From Chthonomonadales bacterium (GTDB lineage Bacteria > Armatimonadota > Chthonomonadetes > Chthonomonadales > CAJBBX01), in contig JBMFSQ010000007.1 in the NCBI GenBank assembly GCA_049967475.1, positions 79,237 to 143,236 of the forward strand: DNA of 64,000 bases, read 5' to 3'. The notes beneath the pieces are model-generated. The model was not told where the DNA came from. It did not search any database and worked only from the letters and a program-made list of their open reading frames with translations. How positions within the stretch are numbered: position 1 is the first letter of the stretch; each line of letters starts with the position of its first letter. Of this stretch, positions 46,428-56,215 are shown in pieces. A program made the translations under genes and the position numbers.

Positions 46428-48767
46428 TCAATTCGTGCATCGCACCGGCGAGGCCACCCCAACGGTTTGTTCCGGCTGGATCATGCTCGGGTCGTCGTGG
46501 AAAAGGCGCAGCGAGGCATCGTCGCGCAGGGGACCCGCCGTAAGCGAGAGCGGCTCCATAGGTGCATCTACATGGAGGATTACGGTGCTGCCATCCAGGG
46601 CGGACGACAGGACCCGCCCTTTGGAGATGCGGAATGCGGCAGGCAGCACCGAGGCGGGATCCAGCCGCTTGTTGCATACAAGCCGTATCGTGTTGCCTTC
46701 ACGGCGCGCCTGGAGGATAGCCGGCGCATCCGTGTACATATACCCGCCGATGGAGTATTCGTACAGGGTTGTGGACGTTACGCCCATTGCCAGGCAGGCA
46801 TCCTCGAAGGCGTGGATCCAATGCCAACCATGACGGTTCTGCCGCTGCGACCCGATATCTGCCTGGATCATCATGGGCAACAACGGCGCGACACTCCGCA
46901 CCGCTTGGATGTAGGGTTCATACTGCGTCACATAGTCGGGAGGCAGGCCGGCGCGCGTCCAGTCGGGCCAGTGGGTTTGAAAGCAATACAGGTCCGGCCT
47001 TACGGTTCGAGCAATAGCTGCCGCATCCTCGCCAGTGTCCTCCTTCACACTGCGCATGCCGTCCGTTCCTGCAAGGGCTAGGGTCCAAACGCAAACCTTG
47101 GCTGCGGGGGTCTTGCGGCGAATGCCTTCGGTTCCGTTGACCAGGTCGTTAAGAAATTGCGTGAGGGAAGCGCGGCGGAAGGAGAGCCATTCCTGCCAAA
47201 GCTTCGGATTGTTCTGGGGCGAGTTGGGTGACTGCGGGTGAAGGATATCCGGCAGGGAGGTCTCTTCGGGGAACATCCGGTGGAAGGCAGCGCGGCAGTG
47301 TTTGCAGAAGCACCCATATGCCGGCGAGGACGGCCCGGGATAATCCGGCCAGTGGGGCTCCATGAGATCCACCCCCTGGAACGGGTAGGCGGCGAGGATG
47401 TGTGTGATCTGCCGCTTCTTCCACGCCCGGTATCCAGGGTTATTGAGGCAGAGGCGTGTGAAGCCATCCGCAAGAGGGCGCCCTTCCAGATCGCTCCGTG
47501 TCACCATGCGCCATTCCTGCCATCCTCGGGGAAGATCCTTCGTGGAATAGGTTCCGTTGATGAATGTGGCGTACCACGTGCCCATGCCTTGCCGGTGGAA
47601 GGCGTGCAGCAGGGGAAGCGATGCGAAGCTGTCGGCCGTGAGAATGATGTGGACTGTGGAGTATCCATTGGCGCGGATCTCATTTGCGATGCTTTGGGCG
47701 GAACGGCCTCGGTAATAGGCGAAGGTGGGGTCTATCTCCACGCTGCGTCCGTAGATCGGCAGGAAGGGTTTGCGAACCACCGCGTTGAGATAGGCAGTGT
47801 ACAGGGAGCGCTGAGCGGCTCCGCGGAAGGGGCTGAGATAATGAAAGGCATCGAAGGCGGCTATGCAAGATACGAAGGGCGCCTCGGCTGCCATCTGCCT
47901 CTCAATGCGCCCCACATTCGTGGGAACGAAGCGGTTACCTGAGTTGTGGAAGATCTCCAGGTCGCTCCAAAGTTCGCAGCCGTTGGCGGTGCAGGCATGG
48001 CGCATGGCGGCGAAGTAGGGGACGATGCGGGCTTCCAGATCGCGATCCCAGCCTCGGGCGCCGACGCCGTCTTGGAGCATCACCACATCCACGGAGGCGC
48101 GGGCAAGCAATTGAGTGTAGAGCGTTTGGAAGCGCTCGGGGGGGAGAATGCTGCTGAAGAATGGGGCGATGGCCACGGGTTTGCGGCTGGAGAGGGCACG
48201 GCAGGCGGAAGCCACATCCGCGAAATAGGCGGCGAGGGCAATGATTTGGTCCTCTTGGGCATGGACATCCCACGGCTCCTGGGGGATGTACCATCCGGCG
48301 AATGCGGGGGATCGGCCATACCTCTGCCACAAGGATTGGGCCAGGCGGATATTGGTTTGGCGGAGGCGGGCAAGGTAATCGGGGTCGAGGAGGCTGCGCC
48401 ACCAGCCCTCATCCTCAGCGAGCCCTAAGAAGACGTGCATGTGGCGGTGCACAGCATAATCGAGGATGATGCGCGTAGCATCGGGCGCGTGAGGGCTTTG
48501 GGGAAGAAAAGAGGTCGAGCCGGCTTGGAGGCGCTGAAGGATGATTGTTCGGATGCCGGCGCGGTACAGTGCGTCCAGCTCGCGGTGCCATTGTTGGGGG
48601 GTCAACCCCATCATCCAGGTTTGATACTGGATGAAGGTAGCTTCGATACGGAGCCCCGCGCCTCTCTTTGACTGAGCCGATGCGGCGCTGGAGATGGTCG
48701 CGGCGAGGAGGAGCCCTGCGGCGGCGGACACGCAGAGTAGATGGCGCATCGCAGGCTCCCAGGACAT
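46428..48767 (-). CDS. exported two-domain GH-like protein (DUF4434-like plus a second TIM-barrel)
   Basis: Signal peptide; ATFIQ, GWYIPQE, LQDGVG, WSDLEIF; second domain RLCLNNPGY, GCFCKHC, FQTHWPDW. Confidence 0.75.
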   Translation of the reverse strand: MSWEPAMRHLLCVSAAAGLLLAATISSAASAQSKRGAGLRIEATFIQYQTWMMGLTPQQWHRELDALYRAGIRTIILQRLQAGSTSFLPQSPHAPDATRIILDYAVHRHMHVFLGLAEDEGWWRSLLDPDYLARLRQTNIRLAQSLWQRYGRSPAFAGWYIPQEPWDVHAQEDQIIALAAYFADVASACRALSSRKPVAIAPFFSSILPPERFQTLYTQLLARASVDVVMLQDGVGARGWDRDLEARIVPYFAAMRHACTANGCELWSDLEIFHNSGNRFVPTNVGRIERQMAAEAPFVSCIAAFDAFHYLSPFRGAAQRSLYTAYLNAVVRKPFLPIYGRSVEIDPTFAYYRGRSAQSIANEIRANGYSTVHIILTADSFASLPLLHAFHRQGMGTWYATFINGTYSTKDLPRGWQEWRMVTRSDLEGRPLADGFTRLCLNNPGYRAWKKRQITHILAAYPFQGVDLMEPHWPDYPGPSSPAYGCFCKHCRAAFHRMFPEETSLPDILHPQSPNSPQNNPKLWQEWLSFRRASLTQFLNDLVNGTEGIRRKTPAAKVCVWTLALAGTDGMRSVKEDTGEDAAAIARTVRPDLYCFQTHWPDWTRAGLPPDYVTQYEPYIQAVRSVAPLLPMMIQADIGSQRQNRHGWHWIHAFEDACLAMGVTSTTLYEYSIGGYMYTDAPAILQARREGNTIRLVCNKRLDPASVLPAAFRISKGRVLSSALDGSTVILHVDAPMEPLSLTAGPLRDDASLRLFHDDPSMIQPEQTVGVASPVRCTN

Positions 48768-48773
48768 CGAGAC

Positions 48774-48848
48774 TGGCTGCGGGGCTAGGATTCGAACCTA
48801 GGATCTTCTGATCCAGAGTCAGACGTGCTGCCGCTGCACCACCCCGCA
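48774..48848 (-). tRNA. tRNA-Gln(CTG), CCA encoded
   Basis: TGCGGGG...TCTGA-CTCTGGA-TCAGA...GGTTCGAATCC...CCCCGCAGCCA; U1-A72 pair typical of Gln. Confidence 0.93.
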
Positions 48849-48860
48849 GCGCCGCGCGCT

Positions 48861-48889
48861 ATTATACCCCGGGGTCCCGTTCCACGCAA
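48861..48889 (-). promoter_or_regulatory. sigma70-type promoter for tRNA-Gln
   Basis: TTGCGT-17 bp-TATAAT on the minus strand, GC-rich discriminator. Confidence 0.7.
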
Positions 48890-49275
48890 GGCGACACAGG
48901 GCAGAAGGCTCCGAAGACGCGCGGAGCGTTCCCAATTTCCGGTAGATGCGTGATGCCGCGATTATATCTGTACGAATGCATACACGAGCGTGCCTTCGCA
49001 GGAGGCCGCAGGAACGCCGAAGGCAGCCGGCAACGCGCCTCGGCCCTGGACGGTGGAGGATGCTCCGTTGCTGCTGCGGCCAGGGATCTTTACGTGCGTT
49101 GGATGTGTCGAGGTTGCTGTCCCCATGTAACTGTTGCACGAAGTGACGCAGAATTCTATAATAGCGCCGACTGCGGCGCCGGACAAATGGGTCCGTGACG
49201 TTCCGCGCTCATACGTTGCGCGGCCTGCTGGACCCCAAATTCGCGTGAGCAATGCCACGGAGGAGGTAAGCGGCA

Positions 49276-50661
49276 ATGGGCCTTTGGCTCTCGGTGATTG
49301 GATTGATGGTCTTAGGCATGGATCATCCGGTTACAACCCTGCCGGATCTGGTTCCGCTCATGCGGGCGTTGGAAAGTGGCGGGAAGCCCCAGGACGTCCG
49401 CATCGGGAAGGATGGCCAGCTCATCGTTTTCGCTCCTTCGGGCAGTTTTCGCATCAGGCAATTCGAGACGTTGGATCTGATCCCTCCGGCTCTCCCCGAA
49501 AGCAGGGAATTGGAAACTACGGCGGAGTACATCAACGGCGCGCTGGTCGGGTTCAACGACAAGTATCCCCCGGTATTCCACCTGAAGCCTCCAGAAGTAC
49601 CGGGGACCGTTCTGCGCGTGCGTCTGGTATCCATCAACTCGCGACATGATCCCCTGCGATCCCTTTCCTATACGGTGCGCGGAGCCGAAGCGCACTCAAA
49701 CGACATCGGCATCCAACTTCGGGGTGAGCGGCTTGTGTTCACCGGGATCGGCCCGAATGTCGCAGCGGTGCGCGTGTTCGTTGATGGGCAAATGGCGGGC
49801 AGGGTGGATCTGCGGTCCATGCGTTCGATAGACGCCCGGCCGCTCTGCCCGGGCATCTATGATTTCGTCCTGGTTCCGGAGTTTGACGATGGAACGATTT
49901 GTCCGCCGGTTGCCCAGCGGATCGAGATACCGCATCGCATTACGTTCGACTACCCCGCAAGCGGCTCTCTTATCCGCGTGGTGGACGAGAAATCCTCGCT
50001 TCGCGTTCATGTTACAGCGAACGCCGATGCGAAGATCGCGAAAATACGGCTTCGCCTGAACAATGTAAAGGTGGCCGAACGAGCGCTTACGGTGCTGGAG
50101 GAGGATATTCCGCTCAAGGACGTGCCGAGCGGAGACAGCTCGGTGGAAGCCGTGGCCCTTGCTGCCGACGGCACAGCCTACTATGCCGAAGAACTGCCAA
50201 TCTCCATCACCAACGAGATCTGGATGCGCCGCTTCCAGAACGACCCGCTTTGGGCCGAGCTCCAGCAGTGCCTGGATAAGATTTCGAAGGCTTCTCGTGA
50301 TGTGCAGTATTACCAGACCCGAGGGCTCGCCGAGCCGGAGTACGCGACGCTCACGTACAATACGTCTACCCACTATTTGGACCGTTTCTATGGGGATGAT
50401 GGCATGCCGGTATTAATCAGCCTTTGGGTTCTGAATACGTTTGAACGGAAGCTCCCAACGGAAAAGGCCGAGTTTCTTGCGAAATGGAAAGCCGCCCAGC
50501 TCGAGCTGGTCACCAATGAATTGCGTGCAGGCGAGATCTATCGGGATCTGGGGCTCGTGAGGCTCGCGAAGAGAATGTTCCAGCGCGTGATCTACGATGC
50601 CGGATCTGGGCCCTTTGCTGATGAAGCGAAAGAAGAGCTCGCCCGGCTTGCGAAGCAATAG
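49276..50661 (+). CDS. exported hypothetical protein with Ig-like (Big) domains and a C-terminal helical/TPR-like region
   Basis: GGAGG RBS; N-terminal hydrophobic stretch; VRVFVDG, IRLRLNN..VAE, VEAVA..ADG; terminal AGEIYRDLG...AKRMFQRVI. Confidence 0.7.
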   Translation: MGLWLSVIGLMVLGMDHPVTTLPDLVPLMRALESGGKPQDVRIGKDGQLIVFAPSGSFRIRQFETLDLIPPALPESRELETTAEYINGALVGFNDKYPPVFHLKPPEVPGTVLRVRLVSINSRHDPLRSLSYTVRGAEAHSNDIGIQLRGERLVFTGIGPNVAAVRVFVDGQMAGRVDLRSMRSIDARPLCPGIYDFVLVPEFDDGTICPPVAQRIEIPHRITFDYPASGSLIRVVDEKSSLRVHVTANADAKIAKIRLRLNNVKVAERALTVLEEDIPLKDVPSGDSSVEAVALAADGTAYYAEELPISITNEIWMRRFQNDPLWAELQQCLDKISKASRDVQYYQTRGLAEPEYATLTYNTSTHYLDRFYGDDGMPVLISLWVLNTFERKLPTEKAEFLAKWKAAQLELVTNELRAGEIYRDLGLVRLAKRMFQRVIYDAGSGPFADEAKEELARLAKQ

Positions 50662-50833
50662 CAACGGCTGTGTCCATATGCCCGCGGGCGCAACGGCGCA
50701 GCAGGAAGGTGTGGCGGGGCCGGCGAAGGAAGATATTGAGGCACATTCGGGCTGGCGGCTGTGGTGGCGTATCGCCGGCAGGTTTGCTTCCTGCTCGCTG
50801 CCTGTGCAGGGTGCGGCGGAAGGGGAGGACGCA

Positions 50834-51340
50834 GTGTATACGGTGATCGGGATGGACGGACGGGAGTACGGTCCTGTAGACGTGGGGACGTTGCTTCAGT
50901 GGGCGAATGAGAAGCGCGTTTTGCCCGGTACGACGGTTCGGGACATGACGACGGGCCAGGTGCTGACTGCGGGCCAGATACCTGACCTTCAGATGGTGTT
51001 CAACCGCCCGCCGGGTCTGCAGACGATGATTGGGGCAAGTTCGGGGTCTGTGGCGCCTTACGGCGCGTCTGCGGCACCAAGCTCGGTGAACGGCACCCGC
51101 ATCGCTGCCGGCATCTGCGGCATTTTGTTTGGGGGGCTGGGTATCCACAAGTTCATCATCGGGCAAGCCGGCGCCGGCGCGATCATGCTTGCTGTGGCGC
51201 TGGTGGGCGGCCTCCTTACGTTCGGACTGGCTGCACTGGCTATGGGGATTGTGGGCTTTGTGGAGGGCATCATCTACCTCACCAAGAGTGACGCCGATTT
51301 CTACCGGGAGTACATCATCGGAAAGAAGGCCTGGTTCTGA
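50834..51340 (+). CDS. TM2-domain membrane protein with N-terminal GYF_2-like domain
   Basis: DGREYGPVD...L.QW; AAGICGILFGGLGIHKF; EGIIYL; GGAGG RBS before GTG. Confidence 0.85.
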   Translation: MYTVIGMDGREYGPVDVGTLLQWANEKRVLPGTTVRDMTTGQVLTAGQIPDLQMVFNRPPGLQTMIGASSGSVAPYGASAAPSSVNGTRIAAGICGILFGGLGIHKFIIGQAGAGAIMLAVALVGGLLTFGLAALAMGIVGFVEGIIYLTKSDADFYREYIIGKKAWF

Positions 51341-51427
51341 GACCTGTGCCCGCCGCGTGTCGGCTTCCATCTGGTGAGGCTGCTCTGCCGTCCTGCATAG
51401 GCGAGGGCGCCCATGCTCCGCCCCGAT

Positions 51428-51457
51428 TTGCCCCGCCTCACGGCCGGATGCTATAAT
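51428..51457 (+). promoter_or_regulatory. sigma70-type promoter of the ileS operon
   Basis: TTGCCC-18 bp-TATAAT with extended TG, ~230 nt upstream of the ileS start. Confidence 0.7.
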
Positions 51458-51686
51458 ACGTTTGGCTCGCCCTTGGACCCCGCGCCACTGCGGGGTCTTC
51501 CCTTATCCGGAACGGAATTCCTTTGTCTGGCGGGTGCCGAACCGCGCGTGGAAGATGTGAGGGATTTTTGCAGCAGGGGCGCGCTCTTTCCTGCGGTGGT
51601 CGGGCCCCGGCAAGTGCCCGGGAGCGGAATGGAGTGCCTTAGCATCTGTGGCGGCCGATGGTTGGTGTGGACCGGCGGAGGTGGCG

Positions 51687-54467
51687 ATGGATTACAAGAA
51701 GACGCTGAATATAACCCTGAGCGACAAGGATCCCGGGGCCATGCCCCAGCGCGCCAACCTTCCGGCTTTGGAGCCCCGCATTCAAAAGCGGTGGGACGAG
51801 ATTGATCTCTACCACCTCTCTCTGGAGAAGGAAGCGCCGCTAGGCACCTTCATCCTCCACGACGGCCCGCCCTATTCCAATGGTGACATCCACCTGGGGC
51901 ACGCGCTCAACAAGATTGCGAAGGACATTATCGTCAAGTTTCGCACGATGCAGGGGTACCGCGCTCCGTACGTTCCCGGGTGGGACAACCACGGTATGCC
52001 CATCGAGAATGAAGTAGCCAAGGAGCTGCGGCGCAAGGGAATGAACGGCGACCGCATAACGGTGCGCCAGCATTGCCGCACGTACGCAGCCAAATGGGTG
52101 ACACAGCAGAAGGAGCAGTTCAAGCGGTTGGGCGTGCGCGGTGACTGGGAAAACCCGTATCTCACGATGTCCACCGAGTTTGAGGCGAAGATTGTAGAGA
52201 TCTTCGGAGATCTGGCGGAGAAGGGGTACATCTACCGGGGCCTCAAGCCGGTGCTCTGGTGCGGCCGATGTGAAACGGCGCTGGCAGATGCGGAGGTAGA
52301 GTACGCGGAGCACAATTCCCGTTCCATATGGGTTCGCTTTCCTGTGATGGAGGATCCCCGAGGCGTGGTCCCCGGGCGTGCCGCGAAGCCTTCGGTGATC
52401 ATTTGGACTACCACACCCTGGACGATCCCTGCAAACCTGGCAGTGGCGGCCCATCCCGATGCGGATTATGCCTGGGTTGAGGTAGGCGGCGAGACCTGGC
52501 TCCTCGCTGCGGATCTCGTTCGGTCCGTGATGGACGCCGTGGGCCGCCCGGAATGGACCATTCTTGCCCGGCAGCGGGGCGCCGATTTGGAAGGTTTGGT
52601 TACGCGCCATCCTCTGTTCGATCGCCCTTCACCCATGGTTCTGGCATCCTACGTTACCATGGAAGACGGTACCGGTCTCGTGCATACGGCTCCGGGGCAT
52701 GGCAAGGAGGACTTCGACACGGGGCAGCGGTACGGGCTGGAGGTACTGTGTCCCGTGGATGCCGCCGGGGTATTTACCGAGCAAGCGGGCGAGGAGTTCG
52801 CCGGCGCGCACATTTTGGGCGGGGAAGCCGACGGGCGTGTGATCGAGGCGCTCAAGCGGGCGGGGAACCTCGTGAAGGAGGAGAGCATTCGGCACAGTTA
52901 TCCTCATTGCTGGAGGTGCCACAATCCCCTCATTTTCCGTGCCACGGTGCAGTGGTTCATGAGTGTGGATCACGAAGATCATCGCAGGCGTGCCCTGGAG
53001 GCGATCCAGCGGGTGCGCTGGTTCCCGCCTGTGTCGGTAAATCGCATCAGTGCAATGGTGTCAACGCGGCCGGATTGGTGCCTTAGCCGGCAACGGGCAT
53101 GGGGTGTGGGGATACCCGCCTTCTACTGCACGTCTTGCCGTCGCGAGATCCTGGACCGACGCGCCATAGACGCCGTGCGGGACTTGGTGGCGCGTGAGGG
53201 ATCGGATGCCTGGTATACGAAGCCCGCTGAGGAGATCTTGCCGGAAGGATATCGGTGCCCCTCTTGCGGAGGGCGTACATTCGACAAGGAGACCGACATC
53301 CTCGACGTTTGGTTTGACTCCGGGTCCACGAGCTTGGCAGTGCTCGAAAACCCGCGTTGGCCTGAGTTGAGGTGGCCTGCGGATCTGTACCTGGAGGGAT
53401 CCGATCAGCACCGGGGCTGGTTCAATTCTTCTTTGATGATCGCCGTGGCGGAACGCGGGCGCGCACCTTATGAACAAGTGGTCACATGTGGATGGACGCT
53501 GGACGAGGAAGGGCGGGCGATGCACAAATCCTGGGGGAATGCCGTGTCCCCCAGCGATGTAACGGATCGGTACGGAGCCGACATTCTGCGTCTTTGGGTA
53601 GCTTCGACGGATTACTTTGAGGATGTGCGCTGCTCGGAGAACATTCTGAAGCAGGTAGCCGAGGCGTACCGGCGCATCCGCAACACCTTCCGCTTCTTGG
53701 TGAACAATCTGCATGATTTCGATGTCGCTTCCGATGCCGTTCCACTCCACAAGATGCTCGACCTCGATTTGTGGGTGCTGGGGGCGTTAGACCGGGTGGT
53801 GGCGACAAGCCGGGCAGCCTACGACGTGTATGAGTTTCATCGCGTGTTCCATTCCGTGCACCAGTTCTGCGCCGTGGAACTGAGCAGTTTTTACTTGGAT
53901 GTGCTGAAGGACAGGCTCTACTGTGAAGGGAAGCATTCCGTAGAACGGCGGTCCGCACAAACGGCGCTCCATCGGCTGGCCGACACGATGGCTCGACTGC
54001 TGGCGCCGATCCTTTCGCATACCGCCGAAGAAGTTTGGGGGTACCTTCGAATTGCCGACAAGCCGCTCAGTGTGCAGTTGGCTCGTTTTCCGGAGTCCGA
54101 TGCTGCCCCCTATGCCGAGGCGATGGCCCGCATCGAGCCCGTGATCAACCTGCGAGAGCAAGTCAACCTGGCTGTTGAGGCGGCCAGACAGAGCGGCGTC
54201 GTGGTGAACCCCTTGGAGGCCGCCGTGTGCATATGGGCTGAGGGCGCTCTGCTGAACACTCTGCGCTTCTACGAGGCGCAATTGCCTGCAATCTTCAAGG
54301 TGTCGCAGGTCGTATTGAAGGAGGCGAGCGGCGCACCGCGCATCGAGGCTGCGCGTGCCGAGGGTGTGAAGTGTGCCCGCTGCTGGCTGGTGAAGGCGGA
54401 TGTGGGTTCCGATGCAGCGTACCCAGATATCTGCGGAAGATGCGCTCGCGTGGTCCGTTCGTTCTAG
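51687..54467 (+). CDS. ileS: isoleucine-tRNA ligase (type 1)
   Basis: LHDGPPYSNG, HLGH, WTTTPWT, GTGLVH, HSYPHCWR, LEGSDQHRGWF, AMHKS, C-terminal KCARCW...CGRC zinc finger. Confidence 0.97.
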   Translation: MDYKKTLNITLSDKDPGAMPQRANLPALEPRIQKRWDEIDLYHLSLEKEAPLGTFILHDGPPYSNGDIHLGHALNKIAKDIIVKFRTMQGYRAPYVPGWDNHGMPIENEVAKELRRKGMNGDRITVRQHCRTYAAKWVTQQKEQFKRLGVRGDWENPYLTMSTEFEAKIVEIFGDLAEKGYIYRGLKPVLWCGRCETALADAEVEYAEHNSRSIWVRFPVMEDPRGVVPGRAAKPSVIIWTTTPWTIPANLAVAAHPDADYAWVEVGGETWLLAADLVRSVMDAVGRPEWTILARQRGADLEGLVTRHPLFDRPSPMVLASYVTMEDGTGLVHTAPGHGKEDFDTGQRYGLEVLCPVDAAGVFTEQAGEEFAGAHILGGEADGRVIEALKRAGNLVKEESIRHSYPHCWRCHNPLIFRATVQWFMSVDHEDHRRRALEAIQRVRWFPPVSVNRISAMVSTRPDWCLSRQRAWGVGIPAFYCTSCRREILDRRAIDAVRDLVAREGSDAWYTKPAEEILPEGYRCPSCGGRTFDKETDILDVWFDSGSTSLAVLENPRWPELRWPADLYLEGSDQHRGWFNSSLMIAVAERGRAPYEQVVTCGWTLDEEGRAMHKSWGNAVSPSDVTDRYGADILRLWVASTDYFEDVRCSENILKQVAEAYRRIRNTFRFLVNNLHDFDVASDAVPLHKMLDLDLWVLGALDRVVATSRAAYDVYEFHRVFHSVHQFCAVELSSFYLDVLKDRLYCEGKHSVERRSAQTALHRLADTMARLLAPILSHTAEEVWGYLRIADKPLSVQLARFPESDAAPYAEAMARIEPVINLREQVNLAVEAARQSGVVVNPLEAAVCIWAEGALLNTLRFYEAQLPAIFKVSQVVLKEASGAPRIEAARAEGVKCARCWLVKADVGSDAAYPDICGRCARVVRSF

Positions 54468-54503
54468 TGCCTGCAGTGCGTAGGAAGAAGTGAAGGTGCA
54501 TCC

Positions 54504-54875
54504 ATGGCGAAGAACAAGTTCGAAAAGTATCGCAAGCGATTGCTCGAGCTGAAGGCGCAACTGGAGGATGAACATCGCCGCCTGCGGAACCACGATGGCG
54601 ACACGATGGCCGACGCCTCAGGCGATATCGGTGATTTCGACACGAACCATCCCGGGGACTATGGCACCGAACTCTACGAGCGGGAGAAGGATGTAGCTCT
54701 GGCACAGAACGTGGACGGCATCCTGGCTCAGGTGAATGACGCCCTTGTGAAGCTGGATGCCGGCACCTACGGAGTTTGCGACCGATGCGGGGCGCCGATC
54801 CCCGAGGCGCGGCTGGATGTGGTTCCCTATGCTGCGCTGTGCGTAACGTGCCAGGCAAGGATCGAAGCCTCGTGA
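54504..54875 (+). CDS. TraR/DksA C4 zinc-finger protein (YteA-like)
   Basis: Coiled coil, NHPGDYGT, GTYGVCDRCG.PI..ARL...P.A.LCVTC. Confidence 0.92.
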   Translation: MAKNKFEKYRKRLLELKAQLEDEHRRLRNHDGDTMADASGDIGDFDTNHPGDYGTELYEREKDVALAQNVDGILAQVNDALVKLDAGTYGVCDRCGAPIPEARLDVVPYAALCVTCQARIEAS

Positions 54876-55348
54876 GACCGGTCCTCTTCTATGTGGCAGT
54901 GCTGGCCATATTGGCCGGCGATCAGGTGAGCAAATGGGCTGTGTCGTCTCGCATCCCTGTTGGGGCATCCATCCCGGCCATTGACCACGTTCTTTACCTC
55001 ACGCATACACGCAATACTGGAGGCGCCTTCAGCCTGCTTCAGGCACGCAATACCGTTTTCGAAGTCGTAGCGGTCATGGCGATGGCAGCGCTGATCTTCG
55101 CGTATCATCGCTCGCGCAAGACAGACCTTCTGCATGATGCGGCGATCGCCCTGGCTTTGGGGGGAGCTGCAGGAAACCTGGCGGATCGCCTGCGCTTCGG
55201 TTCCGTAGTGGATTTCTTCGACCTAAGGTGGTGGCCGGTTTTCAACGTTGCCGATGCGGCCATCACTGTGGGCATCATCTTTCTGGCGTGGGGTTTTCTT
55301 ACCTCCGGTAAGGGCGAAGAGGCCGCCCCGTCGTCGGATCCCCCGTAG
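54872..55348 (+). CDS. lspA: lipoprotein signal peptidase
   Basis: DQVSK, NTGGAFS, GGAAGNLADR, VVDF, FNVAD. Confidence 0.95.
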   Translation: MRPVLFYVAVLAILAGDQVSKWAVSSRIPVGASIPAIDHVLYLTHTRNTGGAFSLLQARNTVFEVVAVMAMAALIFAYHRSRKTDLLHDAAIALALGGAAGNLADRLRFGSVVDFFDLRWWPVFNVADAAITVGIIFLAWGFLTSGKGEEAAPSSDPP

Positions 55349-55361
55349 GCAGGCAGGAGCG

Positions 55362-56192
55362 ATGCATCCCATACTCTTCCATCTGGGGTCCTTCCCTGTG
55401 CGTTCGTATGGGGTGATGGTCCTCGTGGGCTTCCTGATGGGGCTATGGTACGCCTCGGCAGCGGCCCGGAGGCGCCTGAGCACTCTGCCGGAGGGCGATG
55501 CGCGCGCTGTCAGCCCGGATCATGTTGCCGATATGGCGCTGGTAGGGCTCTTCGTGGCCATTGCGGGCGCCCGAGCGCTCTACGTTCTTCTAGACCTTGA
55601 CCAGTTTCGCGGGCACTGGATGGATGTGTTCAAAGTATGGACGGGCGGGCTCTCCATCCACGGGGCCATTGTATGCGGCATCGCCTACGTGTGGTGGTAC
55701 AGCCGGAGGCATCACCTCAATTTCCTGGCGTTTGCCGACCTTTGTGCTCCGGCGTTTGCCCTGGGGTACGCCATAGGCCGTGTGGGATGCTTCCTCAACG
55801 GCTGTTGCTACGGAGCGGCGTGTAACCTGCCCTGGGCAGTGAGGTTCCAGAAGGAAGGAGAGCCGGGGGTCCTGACGCCGCCGAGCCATCCTACCCAGCT
55901 CTACGCTACGGCAATGAACCTGGTGTGGTTCGTGTTGCTGGATCGCTGGAGCCGCCGTCCTCACCGCGATGGAGAGATCTTCGTGGGATATTTGGCACTC
56001 TACTGCGTTTACCGCTTTATTGATGAACAGTTCCGAAAGGGCGCTACGGCAGATGTCTTTATTGCGGGTTTCACACACGCCCAAGTGTTCAGTGCGGCGG
56101 CGTTGCCGGTGCTCCTCGTCATCTTGTGGCGGATGCACCGCACATCTGCGCCGGAAGACGGGGTTGAGCGTGCCCCCCAGCACGGCGCGTGA
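55362..56192 (+). CDS. lgt: prolipoprotein diacylglyceryl transferase
   Basis: YG, GARALYV, GGLSIHG, GRVGCFLNGCCYG, HPTQLY, RFIDEQFR. Confidence 0.94.
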   Translation: MHPILFHLGSFPVRSYGVMVLVGFLMGLWYASAAARRRLSTLPEGDARAVSPDHVADMALVGLFVAIAGARALYVLLDLDQFRGHWMDVFKVWTGGLSIHGAIVCGIAYVWWYSRRHHLNFLAFADLCAPAFALGYAIGRVGCFLNGCCYGAACNLPWAVRFQKEGEPGVLTPPSHPTQLYATAMNLVWFVLLDRWSRRPHRDGEIFVGYLALYCVYRFIDEQFRKGATADVFIAGFTHAQVFSAAALPVLLVILWRMHRTSAPEDGVERAPQHGA

Positions 56193-56215
56193 CCTTACGC
56201 GCAGGGAGCAGCAAG

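Noticed and set aside
48774..48848. tRNA genes as island integration sites
   Set aside because: No duplicated tRNA 3' ends or adjacent integrase were found for any of the three tRNAs; the identical anticodon stems of Arg and Gln (TCTGA/TCAGA) are ordinary tRNA similarity
51460..51686. T-box riboswitch upstream of ileS
   Set aside because: No GGTGGNACCGCG T-box sequence, GA/AG motifs or terminator could be recognised
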